From NCBI GenBank assembly GCA_050633305.1, contig JBOEGF010000002.1, positions 217,624 through 281,623 of the forward strand: a DNA stretch of 64,000 nt, in the 5' to 3' direction. The notes beneath the pieces were generated by a model. The model was not told the origin of the DNA, did no database searches, and saw only the letters and a program-made list of their open reading frames with translations. Below, one piece after another: positions 41,211-50,883 of the stretch. Numbering within the stretch: position 1 is the stretch's first letter; each line of letters starts with the position of its first letter. This stretch comes from Nannocystales bacterium. Lineage in GTDB: Bacteria; Myxococcota_A; Polyangia; Nannocystales; Nannocystaceae. The position numbers and the translations under genes were made by a program.

Positions 41211-42398
41211 TCACCCGGGCAAAGACCCGCGCGGGGATGGCCGAGCTCCACCAAGTTCGGGAATCTCCGACGACCGCGCGTTCCCGGTCGCTGAGGGCCC
41301 AGCTTGTCTGGACCCCGTTAGCAGCCACGCCGCCACGCCCACCGCAGCAAGCCCCACGGCAACCGCCAGGACGACCAGCAACCGACGGGGTCCGTACGCG
41401 CCGCCGCGTTTGGCAACTGCATCTTCGTGGACGACGGTGGGCTCGCCCTTCGGAACGTCGGGCTCTGTCGGCACGGCTTCGGCAGCCCTCCGCGCCAACA
41501 CTTTCAAGTCGGGCAAGGCCATCACGGTCCCTTGTCCGCTGTCTGAGAGCTGCACGCATCGTCGACGCCGCAGCTCGTCGAGCGCTCGAAGCGTCGGGGC
41601 TCGGCCGAACACGCTGCGCTCGGCGACGGCGTCGATCGAAGACATGCCGTCGCACATGCGCCAGACGGCCCACAGAACTTTGTGCGCACCCTCGCCCTCG
41701 CTGGCATCCTCGCTCTCGAGGTCCCCAAAGCTCGTCTCGCCGTCCGAACCAGCACCACCGGACTGGAGCGTGCACGCGGTCTGAAGAGGCGGAGAGAGCG
41801 GGACCACGATCCGCGACAGCGGCTGAAGCCGGACTTCGATGAGTTGGCAGTCATCCGACTCGCGAGCAAAGTCCATGAGCAAGTGCTGCAAGCTCGGAGC
41901 GTCCTCGAGGTCGAGACGGGAACCCGTCCATCGAACGTCACCACGGAGCACGGACACGGTCGAACCAACCTCGGTCGCCATGGGCAGGTGCTCGAGTACG
42001 CAGCGCTCGACGAAGAGCCTGACCAAACCCACCCCAGAGCGGCCGGGTCTCGCCATGGCTCGTTCGATCTCCTGAGTTCGTGCCGCCTGTGACCAAGCCT
42101 GCATCGAGCCCCGCGGGCCCGTTCCGAACGCGCCCACCACCCGACCTTGTTGGAGCGCAAACACGACCCCTTCGTCCCCGTGCCGAACGAGCACGACCCC
42201 CGTCGGATCGGTGGAAACGATGCTTCCCAGCAGGTCGACGGCGGGTATCCCGGCCGTCGAACTCGCTTGCAGCGTGTTGACCTCGATCGGGTCGGCGCTG
42301 GTCGTCGCAACTGCGCGCCCACCCAGGGTGATCAACGCTCGCTCCTGTACTGGCGCAATAGAGTTTATGCGCTCCGATGCTTGCCTCACTTGTCCCAT
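41211..42398 (-). CDS. Hypothetical protein, DUF4388-like N-terminus, C-terminal TM
   Basis: IPAVDLL...TGVVLV...VFALQQGRVVGA; wHTH-like CDGMSSIDAV; TM near the C-terminus. Confidence 0.6.
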   Translation of the reverse strand: MGQVRQASERINSIAPVQERALITLGGRAVATTSADPIEVNTLQASSTAGIPAVDLLGSIVSTDPTGVVLVRHGDEGVVFALQQGRVVGAFGTGPRGSMQAWSQAARTQEIERAMARPGRSGVGLVRLFVERCVLEHLPMATEVGSTVSVLRGDVRWTGSRLDLEDAPSLQHLLMDFARESDDCQLIEVRLQPLSRIVVPLSPPLQTACTLQSGGAGSDGETSFGDLESEDASEGEGAHKVLWAVWRMCDGMSSIDAVAERSVFGRAPTLRALDELRRRRCVQLSDSGQGTVMALPDLKVLARRAAEAVPTEPDVPKGEPTVVHEDAVAKRGGAYGPRRLLVVLAVAVGLAAVGVAAWLLTGSRQAGPSATGNARSSEIPELGGARPSPRGSLPG

Positions 42399-42671
42399 CC
42401 CCGACCCCGACCTCAGCTCCAGCCCTCATGCGACCGCGCGGGTCGGGATGCGAGTCTCGATTCCCACTTTCTTCGAACGGACCGCCGGCTGGCCCATAGG
42501 CGACCGATTCTGCTCGATCGTGCGCGGACGACCGTGCCCGAATGTCACCAGGACTCGCACGCACACCGACAACTCGATGAGCACTCGAGGGACACGCAAG
42601 AGGGAGATCCGGCCCGGAGCCCTTTCCGAAGCCCGAGACGTCACAGATCGCAGTTCGGTCATCTACCCTCC

Positions 42672-45401
42672 GTGAGTACGACGCTCAAGTACGAGAAACG
42701 GGGGCTGTCGGTCCCGCTCAACAGAGCCTCGGTCATCGAGCTGCCTGCGCAGCTGTTTCGCGTGCGACTTCGCGGCGCGCTGTTCGATACGGACAAGGCG
42801 TTCTTGTTGCCCGGCGCGATGGCGGGGATCCGCGGGCTCGTGCACATCTACGGGAAGCATCCGAACATGTCGCTTGTCGTCACGGGGCACGCGGACCGCG
42901 TGGGAGCGGCCGACTACAACCTCGGACTCTCGGATGAGCGGGCCGCGGCGGTAGCGATGTACCTGCGCGACGACGTCGACGGATGGATGCGGTGGTATGC
43001 GTGGCGTCCGTATTCGAAGACTTGGGGGCTGCTCGAGGAGCAGCACATGTTGGGAGCGATTCCCGACCCTTCCCGCGGCCTCCCGTACTACTTGGGGCCC
43101 GCGCACGGACAGCTCGACCTGGCGACGCACGCCGCGCTGAAACGGTTTCAAGCCGCGCACAGCCTCTCGGAGACCGGGATGCCCAACACAGACACCCGCC
43201 GGGCGCTGATCGCCGACTACATGGGTCTTGATGCGACGAGCTTGCCCGCGGAGGCGGACGTCGGGTTGCTCGGCTGCGGGGAACACCACAACGAGATCGA
43301 AACGGCCGACCACGTCGATGAGCAGGCCAATCGCAGGGTGGAGGTGTTCTTGTTCGACGGCGGCGAGGTCGAGCCGCCCGTGCCCGATCGCTGCCCGGAC
43401 GCGGACTGTCCGTACCTGACCTGGCGCGACGAAATGGAGCACACGATCGACTTCGACACGAACCTCGGTGAGCTCGTCGTGGGCGTGGTTGAGGACGATG
43501 AACACGACGAACACGCTCCCGACGTGGTTCCCATCGCGGAGGCGCAGGTTCGACTCCTACGCGACGGCTTCCCGACGCGTCACCTCATCACGCCCCCCAG
43601 CGGTGTCGTGCGGTTTGGCGATATCGTCCCAGGCACCTACACACTCGCAACCCACAAACAAGACTTCGAGGAGAGCAACGAGGTCGTCGAAGTGGTCGAG
43701 GGCGGTTCGGCGCCGCCCGATCTGCACGACGACGTTCACGTGCAGGGCTTCGACGGCAGCGGAGATTCGAGCGGTTCCAAACTGTTCGAGGGCGTGGGCG
43801 GTGCCGCCCCGACGGGCGGCGGCAACAAGGCGCACAAGGTCGCCCTCAAGTCGCGCACGATCATCCACATCGTCGAAGAGCTGCCCAGCAACCTCGAAGC
43901 CGCAGGCAAGGAGGGGGTCGCGCGATCGGGTCGCAAAGCGTTCGAGCGCATGCGCGTGCTTGCGACGTGGGGAACGTCGCCAGCGGTGACCCACGAGTTC
44001 GTGGTCGATACCCAGGGCAAGACCGTGATCGCCAACACGAAGGTGCCCAAAAAGCTGGGCAAGCTCAGCGCCGTTCAGCATGAGGGGCCGCACCTCGCTC
44101 CACTCATCTATACGCTGCGCGACGCCAGCACGGACGCCATCGTCACGGCGCCGCCGATCAAGCGTGGCAAGACGACCGAGGTAAAAGTCTCCGCCCGCGG
44201 CCGGGTGTCGATCTGGGCGTTCGGCGCCCCGCTCATCAAGGCAATGTTCAAGAAGGTCAAAAAGGGGACCACGTTCGTCGCGGTGAAAAAGGTTGTGCTC
44301 GACCCCGACCAGCTCAACGCGATGAAGGACGCACGCCTCGATGACCTCACGCTCAACTACTGCATGGCTCCGCCGGCGAGCAACTGGGGCATCAACAACG
44401 GGTCGGACGTCAAGGACACGAAGGTCGCCTTCTCCGCGCGCTTGGGTCCAGGCGGCATTACGCAGAGCAGCCACACCCCAGCCCAGGAGGTTGCCGAGAA
44501 CGACCAGGTGCGTGACGACTACGTGCGCGAGGTCGTCAAAGAGCTTCACGCGCGCGGGATCCAGGTCATCCTCAGCTACACGGTCGGCACCGACGGCAAG
44601 CCGAAGCTCCCCAAGAACCCAACGCCCAAGCAGCTCGAAGCGTACAAGAAGGCGCTTGCAGCGTATCCGGTGACGGAGAAGTTCAACCAGGAATACGCGG
44701 ACTGGTTGTTCGCGATGACCGATCGACAGATCGAAGAACACGCCAAGGCAATCGACGATTTTCGGGAGCGCTACGACGCGGACGGTATCGGATTCAACCT
44801 CGAGTTCCACCAAATCAAAGAGAAGCACCGGCACAAGCTCCGGCATCTCGTTCGCACCACCGCCAAGTACGCGCAGCTGCGCAACGCCGTCGTCGCCTAT
44901 GCCACCGCGCCATTCACCGTGGACGGGGAGAGGACCGCTGGTGGTCCCCTCCACCACTCGCTCACGTCGCTGTCGATCCTCTCCTTCGAGCTCGCCAAGA
45001 CGGAGAAGAACCTCATCGCGCGTCCGATGTGCTTCGATGAGACCCCATTCAAGACGTCGCATATCGAGGCTTCGCTCGAGTACGCCCTCAAGCCCACCGC
45101 GCAGGGCGGCGCGGGCCTCGATAGCGCGCAGATCCAGTACGGGGTTTTCGGCAGTTTCAATCCTCGCGCAGGGTTTCCTGCGAGCGAGTATGGCCCAGCG
45201 CGCATCAAGAAGCTGTGCCAAGAAAAGCTCCGGCCAAACCGCCAGGGCATGATGGTGTACTCGCTACCGCAGAAAAGAGCTCCCGCGCTCGCGGAGCTGG
45301 CGCGAGTGGTCGGCTGGGAGGCAGAGCTCAACCCAGGCGAGGTCGGTCCTGGCACCAAAGGACAGCCAGTGCAGGTGCCTCGATGGATGGACGTGACATG
45401 A
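42672..45401 (+). CDS. OmpA-like + peptidoglycan-binding + GH18-like multidomain protein
   Basis: FDTDKAFL...VTGHADRVGAADYNLGLSDERAAAV...NRRVEV (OmpA); GQLDLATHAALKRFQAAHSLSETG (PG_binding_1); LHARGIQVILS...YDADGIGFNLE (GH18-like). GTG start inferred. Confidence 0.8.
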   Translation: MSTTLKYEKRGLSVPLNRASVIELPAQLFRVRLRGALFDTDKAFLLPGAMAGIRGLVHIYGKHPNMSLVVTGHADRVGAADYNLGLSDERAAAVAMYLRDDVDGWMRWYAWRPYSKTWGLLEEQHMLGAIPDPSRGLPYYLGPAHGQLDLATHAALKRFQAAHSLSETGMPNTDTRRALIADYMGLDATSLPAEADVGLLGCGEHHNEIETADHVDEQANRRVEVFLFDGGEVEPPVPDRCPDADCPYLTWRDEMEHTIDFDTNLGELVVGVVEDDEHDEHAPDVVPIAEAQVRLLRDGFPTRHLITPPSGVVRFGDIVPGTYTLATHKQDFEESNEVVEVVEGGSAPPDLHDDVHVQGFDGSGDSSGSKLFEGVGGAAPTGGGNKAHKVALKSRTIIHIVEELPSNLEAAGKEGVARSGRKAFERMRVLATWGTSPAVTHEFVVDTQGKTVIANTKVPKKLGKLSAVQHEGPHLAPLIYTLRDASTDAIVTAPPIKRGKTTEVKVSARGRVSIWAFGAPLIKAMFKKVKKGTTFVAVKKVVLDPDQLNAMKDARLDDLTLNYCMAPPASNWGINNGSDVKDTKVAFSARLGPGGITQSSHTPAQEVAENDQVRDDYVREVVKELHARGIQVILSYTVGTDGKPKLPKNPTPKQLEAYKKALAAYPVTEKFNQEYADWLFAMTDRQIEEHAKAIDDFRERYDADGIGFNLEFHQIKEKHRHKLRHLVRTTAKYAQLRNAVVAYATAPFTVDGERTAGGPLHHSLTSLSILSFELAKTEKNLIARPMCFDETPFKTSHIEASLEYALKPTAQGGAGLDSAQIQYGVFGSFNPRAGFPASEYGPARIKKLCQEKLRPNRQGMMVYSLPQKRAPALAELARVVGWEAELNPGEVGPGTKGQPVQVPRWMDVT

Positions 45402-45573
45402 ACTCCGGAACACGCGCCAAGCTGGCCGGATAGAGTCTCGTCCGTACCATGGGGCATGTCGGGCGGCGATCGGTCCAACACGCTCGCCACGCGATCGGGA
45501 GCGTCAGCCGACCCCGGAGCAGGCGAACTCGCAGGTCGCGGCCATCGCCTCGCGCGTGGCGACCCACGCCAGC

Positions 45574-45627
45574 CCGCCGAGAACCACCACGGTGAGCAGT
45601 ACCCCATCACGGCGACCTCGAACAGGA
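45574..45627. repeat. Direct repeat copy 1 (partner at 46734-46788)
   Basis: ccgccgagaaccaccacggtgagcagtaccccatcacggcgacctcgaacagga. Confidence 0.85.
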
Positions 45628-45651
45628 CGAGGGTGGGCGCGCGTCGTGCGA

Positions 45652-46653
45652 TTAGAAGGGGATGTCGTCTTCCGACGGCAACGGCATCGGGCCTTGCGAA
45701 TGATTGTCCTGGTGCGGCGGCCCCGGAAGGTCCTCGCCGGGCGGTGAGTCGGGAAAGGAGAACTCGACCAGCGGTCGACCCTCGACGGCGTTGAGCGAGA
45801 GAACGGTCAACTGCGTTCGCTCGAGCAACGCGATGCGATCCACCGCGCGGTCAAAGGCGATAGCGCGGAAACCTGGTCGAACAACTGCAAGTGGCGCACA
45901 CTCGACGGCTAAAAAGTGCTCCAGCCGATTGGGCCCACGCACGTGCTCGTTGCCCACCGTCCAAAGACGACCGTCCTCATCGACGGCCAGTGCCTCCACG
46001 GAATCGGCGTCCCGTGCATCGATCGGGCCGAGGACGGGGAACGTCTTGTTCTCAGTGAGTGCCCATGGAATCTCGAGCGGGCGTACGTCGCGGGTCTTGC
46101 CAGTCCGCAGTTCGACCGGAATTCCGGCAAGGGACGCGTTGTGCCCAGCAGGATCCATCACCGGCATCCACGTGCGGTCGGAGAACGCAGCATCGAACAG
46201 GAAGCCTTCGAACGGGTCGTACAACCAGGAGTCCTCCGGCTCACCGTGCTCCGTGTGGTGAGGCAGACACAGACCGCAGGAACGCGGCCACATGCCAACA
46301 TGCCATTCACGACTTCGGGTATCGAAGAGCCAAGCGTCCCGCACGACCTTAACCTCAGCACCGTCGTTCTCGGCCACAAGCCTCCCGCTCAAATAGCCAC
46401 CGTCATCCGAACGGAAATCAAGCCACTGACCTCGCGCTGAGAAGAGGCTGATACGAGCCATGTCGCATCGCACTTGCGTGCCGGCTCCTGAGCCGCCGTC
46501 GATGTGCCAAAGGCTGGCGCCGCGATGGACCCAGACGTCATCCCCGACGAACGCCACCCCGTACAGCACGCTTTCGACGCCGCCAGGCTCTACGCTTGGC
46601 CGCGGCGCCTCAACTCTGATCTCGGCGATCGGTGGGACGTGCTCAATCGTCAC
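45652..46653 (-). CDS. Hypothetical protein ending in EDDIPF
   Basis: Long ORF with Trp/aromatic-rich, beta-like segments; start uncertain (GTG 46653). Confidence 0.6.
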   Translation of the reverse strand: MTIEHVPPIAEIRVEAPRPSVEPGGVESVLYGVAFVGDDVWVHRGASLWHIDGGSGAGTQVRCDMARISLFSARGQWLDFRSDDGGYLSGRLVAENDGAEVKVVRDAWLFDTRSREWHVGMWPRSCGLCLPHHTEHGEPEDSWLYDPFEGFLFDAAFSDRTWMPVMDPAGHNASLAGIPVELRTGKTRDVRPLEIPWALTENKTFPVLGPIDARDADSVEALAVDEDGRLWTVGNEHVRGPNRLEHFLAVECAPLAVVRPGFRAIAFDRAVDRIALLERTQLTVLSLNAVEGRPLVEFSFPDSPPGEDLPGPPHQDNHSQGPMPLPSEDDIPF

Positions 46654-46733
46654 GAAGTGGAGGATGGCACGAACGGTCGCGTCGAGAGTCTGCACTCGTG
46701 ACGCTCCACGCGAACACCGCCAGCGACATCGGT

Positions 46734-46788
46734 CCGCCGAGCACCACCACGGTGAGCAGTACCCCGATCGCCGCAAACTCGAACAGGA
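46734..46788. repeat. Direct repeat copy 2
   Basis: ccgccgagcaccaccacggtgagcagtaccccgatcgccgcaaactcgaacagga. Confidence 0.85.
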
Positions 46789-46944
46789 AGGCTGTCGTAG
46801 GACACGGTCAGGAATCCGAGGACTTTTTTTTTTCGATCGACATGAACCGAAACGGCTCTCGCTTCACTCCCCATCCAAGCAAGCGAAACGCACCCATCGC
46901 GCTGCTCGCTCGACGTCGTAGCGCGCATCCACAGGTCAACCGTC

Positions 46945-48132
46945 ATGTACGATCAAATCCCCCCGAAAACCCCCTCCTTCTCATCCACCAAACACGCTGC
47001 TCCTTGGTCCGCGATTTCCCTCGCCCTGTGCGGACTCATGCTCACCGCGACCGGCTGTGACTCGGAGCTCCAACAGGCGCAACCTGGTCAACACGACGAG
47101 GTCATCGGCGAATGGGAGGGCATCATCATTCCGGCGCTTGCGGCCGCGGACATGGGCCTGCAACTCGACGAGAGCTCAACCGTGCCCGGGTACCACCGTT
47201 CTCAGGTCAGAGTCGTCATCGAGGCGGCGGACCATCCCGATGGCACCCGGGAAGAGGCGCTCTTCACCGTCGTCGACGAGACCGACCAGCAGGAGGGGAA
47301 CGCGGCCGAGATTTTCATCTGGGACGACACGATTCAAGCGGTCCTCGGGGAAACCAAAGACGGGAAACAGCGCCTCGAGCTGACGCAGAACGACTTCCCA
47401 AGCGACGCCGCGATGTACGCCGAGGTCACGACGCACACCTGCGCTGCGGCCAAGGTCGAGGAGGCTCTGCCCAGCAGCAGTCAGAACAAGGCCGAGTCAG
47501 GGTTTGGCGAATGCCTCGACGGCGCGTGGCCGGACATCATGAATCTTCCCGAGAACTACGTGTTCCTGGCGCCACACGGCGGCGAGGTCGAGCCCGGCAC
47601 GGACGAGCAGGCAATTGCTGCACACGGTGTGCTGAGCCAAAGCTCGTACGCCTGGTACAGCCTGGGATGGAGGAAGGCGAAGGGCGCCTATGACCACTGG
47701 CACATCACGAGCACCGACATCAGTCGCTACAGCTTCCCGGAGCTCGACAAGATCGGTCCGAAGGCAAACAACCTCTTCAACGGCTTCACCTGGGCCGTCG
47801 CGTTCCACGGCATGAGTGCCAAGGCCAAGGACTATACAATCTACGTTGGCGGTACACCGGACACAGAGTGCGCACGCATCCACGTTCGAGACGCCCTTGC
47901 CAATCTCATGGCTGGAGAAGGTGTGAACAACGTCGAGGTCGAGATCACGGAGGACGTCAACACGCCGCTCAAAGGCGCGAGCGCCCGCAACATCGTCAAC
48001 TGGATGTCCTTGAACGGCCAGCGTGGGATTCAGCTGGAGCAGACGAAAGACGTGCGCGATGACTACGGGACCGCGGTCGCCACGACGGTCGCCGCAATGC
48101 TTCCCACGCTCGACGCTGTCAGCTGCCCCTAG
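46945..48132 (+). CDS. Lipoprotein with poly-gamma-glutamate hydrolase (PghP/DUF867-like) domain
   Basis: Lipobox TATGC; motifs APHGGEVEPGT, WHITST, AFHG, NIVN, GIQLEQ. Confidence 0.85.
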   Translation: MYDQIPPKTPSFSSTKHAAPWSAISLALCGLMLTATGCDSELQQAQPGQHDEVIGEWEGIIIPALAAADMGLQLDESSTVPGYHRSQVRVVIEAADHPDGTREEALFTVVDETDQQEGNAAEIFIWDDTIQAVLGETKDGKQRLELTQNDFPSDAAMYAEVTTHTCAAAKVEEALPSSSQNKAESGFGECLDGAWPDIMNLPENYVFLAPHGGEVEPGTDEQAIAAHGVLSQSSYAWYSLGWRKAKGAYDHWHITSTDISRYSFPELDKIGPKANNLFNGFTWAVAFHGMSAKAKDYTIYVGGTPDTECARIHVRDALANLMAGEGVNNVEVEITEDVNTPLKGASARNIVNWMSLNGQRGIQLEQTKDVRDDYGTAVATTVAAMLPTLDAVSCP

Positions 48133-48209
48133 TGGCTCGAGCCCAGCGCTGCCCCGCGCCCTCGACTCCACCGTCCTCCCGTCCGGTCTCAGAAACAACT
48201 TGCCGATCA

Positions 48210-48237
48210 ACTACCGGGGTAGTACTAATCGGGTAGT
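48210..48237. promoter_or_regulatory. Tandem BlaI/MecI-type operators
   Basis: ACTAC-cggg-GTAGT followed immediately by ACTAA-tcgg-GTAGT, ending 1 bp before the ATG of the BlaI-like gene. Confidence 0.7.
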
Positions 48238-48238
48238 T

Positions 48239-48646
48239 ATGAGCACGGAGCACCTGGGAAAGCTGCAGCTCGCGATCATGCGGGTGCTGTGGGCGTCGGA
48301 AGAGCGGACCGTGGCCGAGGTCCATCAGACGCTGGAGCCGACCCATGGTCTCGCGCCCACCACCATCGCGACGATGCTTAAGAAGATGGAGGACAAGGGC
48401 GTGGTCTCGCACCGCACCGAGGGCCGACGCTTCATCTATCGACCTGCCGTCAGCGAAGACGCGGTCATGCGCTCGATGGTGGGCGACCTCAAAGAGCGGC
48501 TCTTCGGAGGCAGCGTCTCGGCGCTGGTCAGCCACCTGCTGCAAGCCCACGAGGTCGAAGGCGACGAGCTCGATGAGCTTCGTGCCCAGATCGATCGCGC
48601 CCAGCAAGCTACGGACGACTCCGCGAAGAAGGGAGACGAACGATGA
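48239..48646 (+). CDS. BlaI/MecI/CopY-family repressor
   Basis: LQLAIMRVLW...TTIATMLKKMEDKGVV...FIYRP...LFGGSVSALVSHL. Confidence 0.93.
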   Translation: MSTEHLGKLQLAIMRVLWASEERTVAEVHQTLEPTHGLAPTTIATMLKKMEDKGVVSHRTEGRRFIYRPAVSEDAVMRSMVGDLKERLFGGSVSALVSHLLQAHEVEGDELDELRAQIDRAQQATDDSAKKGDER

Positions 48647-50580
48647 GCACGGTGTTGGCCTGGGTCGCGACGTACTTGCTGCACAGCACCATCCTGATCT
48701 TGAGCGCGTGGCTGCTCGAGAGGCGCTGGCGTGACCGTCCCGAGCGCATGTCTGCCGTTTGGAAGGTCGCCCTCTTCGGTGGCGTAGCCACGGCGTCCTT
48801 GCAGATGCTGCTCTCGATTTCCCCGATCGCGGGCGTCTGGAATGTTTCCCAAGCTGTGTCGGTGCCCTCCGACCCGGTTCTCGCAGCGGGCGTGGCGGTG
48901 GATGCCGCGCCCGCGCGCGAGCCCGTCCTCGCGTCACAGACGGTCATCCGGCGGCCGTCCGTGTCAGCCCGCACCGTTGTCGTCCGCGTGAAGCGCGGAG
49001 AAGACCGTACGGAAGCAGCGCTTACTTCCGCGCCCGCGGCTTCGGTGCCCCCCATCGATCCCGGCACGACGTCTCTGCTCCACCAGATGGCTCCTTGGCT
49101 CGTCGGTGGCGTCACACTGGGCGCGATGATCGGATTGTTCTCGGTCATTGGAGCGCTCGTGGTCCTGCGCCAACGCCTCGCGGGTCGGCAACGCCTTCGC
49201 GACGGGTCGCTGGTCGCTCAGCTCGACCGTCTCAGGCGCTCCGCCGGTCTGCGGCGTCCCGTGGAACTTGCCGTCGTCAACAAGGTGCGCACCCCGATGG
49301 CTGTCGGCGTCTGGAGGGCACAGATCGTCCTTCCACCGGAGGCCGCCGAAGCCCTGTCCTCCGAACAGCAAGAGGGACTCCTCGCCCACGAGCTCGCCCA
49401 CGTCGTTCGGCACGATCCTCTATGGCGCATCGTGGGCCTCATGTTCGAGCGGGTGCTGTTCTTTCAGCCGCTCAACCGGCTCGCGTCCGCCCGCATCTCG
49501 ACCTACGCGGAGTACCTGTGCGACGACTGGGCAGCCAAGCACACGCAAGCACCGCTGGACCTGGCGCGATGCCTCACCGAGGTCGCCCGCTGGGTGGCGC
49601 AGCCTTCGGTGGTCGCCGCGACGATGGTCGGACCTCGGTCGATCTTGGGGAGCCGCGTACAGCGACTGATTCGCCCATCGACCGACGCCACGCGCCCAGC
49701 GTGGCTGGCTGTGCCACTCGCCGGTCTGCTGTTCACCATGCTCCTCGTCGCGCCAAGCGTCTCGGCACAGCGGGTGGATGCCGAAGAAGAATCTGCCGAC
49801 GGAGAGAACGCCAACGGAGAGGACCCCGACGCCTCGTCCGGGGCGAAGGCTGCGCGCCGAGACCGTCCCTCAGCGGTCGCCGCCGCTCCGGACAAGAAGC
49901 GCCGTCGCACGAAGCGGAGCTCGAAGCGCCGGGCAGAGCCCAAGGCTCAGCGAAAGGCCAAGGCCAAGGTCCGCAAGACCCATCACAAGAAGCCGCAGGC
50001 CTACCGCGTCCGCAACGATGGCTCAGTCGAAGCCATCGAAGGCGCCGAGGCCGTCGAGTTGGAGCGTGAGCTGGCGAAGGTCCACAGAGACCTGGAGACC
50101 CTCAAAGACGTCGAGCGCCGCATCGAACGAGAGCTCTCGGACCCCCTGGAGGAACTCGAGGTTCTCGAAGTTCTCGAGGGCCTGGGGGAACTCCAGGAGT
50201 TCGACGGTCTCGAGGACCTCATTGCGCAGAGCGACGAACTGATCGCGCTCGGGGACGCTGAAATGGCGCGGAGCCTCCGGGCACTCCAGGCTCTGGGCGA
50301 AGTGGCGGACCATCGGCACTTCGAATCTCTAGAAGACCTCGAAGACCTCGAAGACCTCGAAGACCTCGAAGACCTCGAAGACCTGGCCATGGGGATCGAG
50401 CCCGCCCTGCGGGTCATCGAATCGCTCGAGATCGAGGGCGCACAAATCAACATCGAAGTGAACGGCGACGACATCACCGTCGAGATCATCGATGAGCGGA
50501 GCAAGCGTCACAAAGCACGCAGCCGCAAGAGGCGGCGCAAGCACGACCGCAAACGACAACGCAGCACTCGCAAACGCTAG
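48643..50580 (+). CDS. M56-family (BlaR1-like) metallopeptidase / anti-repressor
   Basis: LLAHELAHVVRHD, EYLCDDWA; ATGA overlap with the repressor; C-terminus has acidic coiled repeats and basic tracts instead of a penicillin-binding domain. Confidence 0.9.
   Translation: MSTVLAWVATYLLHSTILILSAWLLERRWRDRPERMSAVWKVALFGGVATASLQMLLSISPIAGVWNVSQAVSVPSDPVLAAGVAVDAAPAREPVLASQTVIRRPSVSARTVVVRVKRGEDRTEAALTSAPAASVPPIDPGTTSLLHQMAPWLVGGVTLGAMIGLFSVIGALVVLRQRLAGRQRLRDGSLVAQLDRLRRSAGLRRPVELAVVNKVRTPMAVGVWRAQIVLPPEAAEALSSEQQEGLLAHELAHVVRHDPLWRIVGLMFERVLFFQPLNRLASARISTYAEYLCDDWAAKHTQAPLDLARCLTEVARWVAQPSVVAATMVGPRSILGSRVQRLIRPSTDATRPAWLAVPLAGLLFTMLLVAPSVSAQRVDAEEESADGENANGEDPDASSGAKAARRDRPSAVAAAPDKKRRRTKRSSKRRAEPKAQRKAKAKVRKTHHKKPQAYRVRNDGSVEAIEGAEAVELERELAKVHRDLETLKDVERRIERELSDPLEELEVLEVLEGLGELQEFDGLEDLIAQSDELIALGDAEMARSLRALQALGEVADHRHFESLEDLEDLEDLEDLEDLEDLAMGIEPALRVIESLEIEGAQINIEVNGDDITVEIIDERSKRHKARSRKRRRKHDRKRQRSTRKR
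50332..50385 (+). repeat. 9-bp tandem repeat (GAAGACCTC) x6 encoding (EDL)6
   Basis: 5 perfect units plus a final gaagacctg. Confidence 0.9.
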
Positions 50581-50738
50581 CAGGGTGAGGAAAAAGTCGC
50601 GCGTATGCAGAACGGTGTCATCGCCATGCAGAGCAAGGCGCGAAGAGGGAGCTGGTTGGACACCTGTGACCGATGAGAAACGCAGCTATGCATGACGAGG
50701 GCGCCGTTATGCACTGCGTGGGACTTTTCCTCACCCTG
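50581..50738. mobile_element. 158-bp MITE-like element with terminal inverted repeats, flanked by CTAG
   Basis: Left end CAGGGTGAGGAAAAAGTC, right end GACTTTTCCTCACCCTG; imperfect inverted repeat extends about 55 bp; CTAG at 50577-50580 and 50739-50742. Confidence 0.8.
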
Positions 50739-50883
50739 CTAGTGCCGAAGGACAGGACTCGTCGTCCGAAACCGGGTTGCGCTCCGCCCGCGAGAAGACT
50801 CCGTCGAGACGAGTCGCGGTCGGCGAAACACAAAGGGTGGTGGGAGCTGCTTGGTGTCGTCCAAGCGGATGATCGGAGGCGCT

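Noticed and set aside
46824..46833. T10 run as an intrinsic terminator
   Set aside because: No strong GC hairpin precedes it and it lies between divergent genes.
50332..50385. Tandem repeat as a non-coding or CRISPR element
   Set aside because: In-frame coding repeat (EDL) with no spacers.
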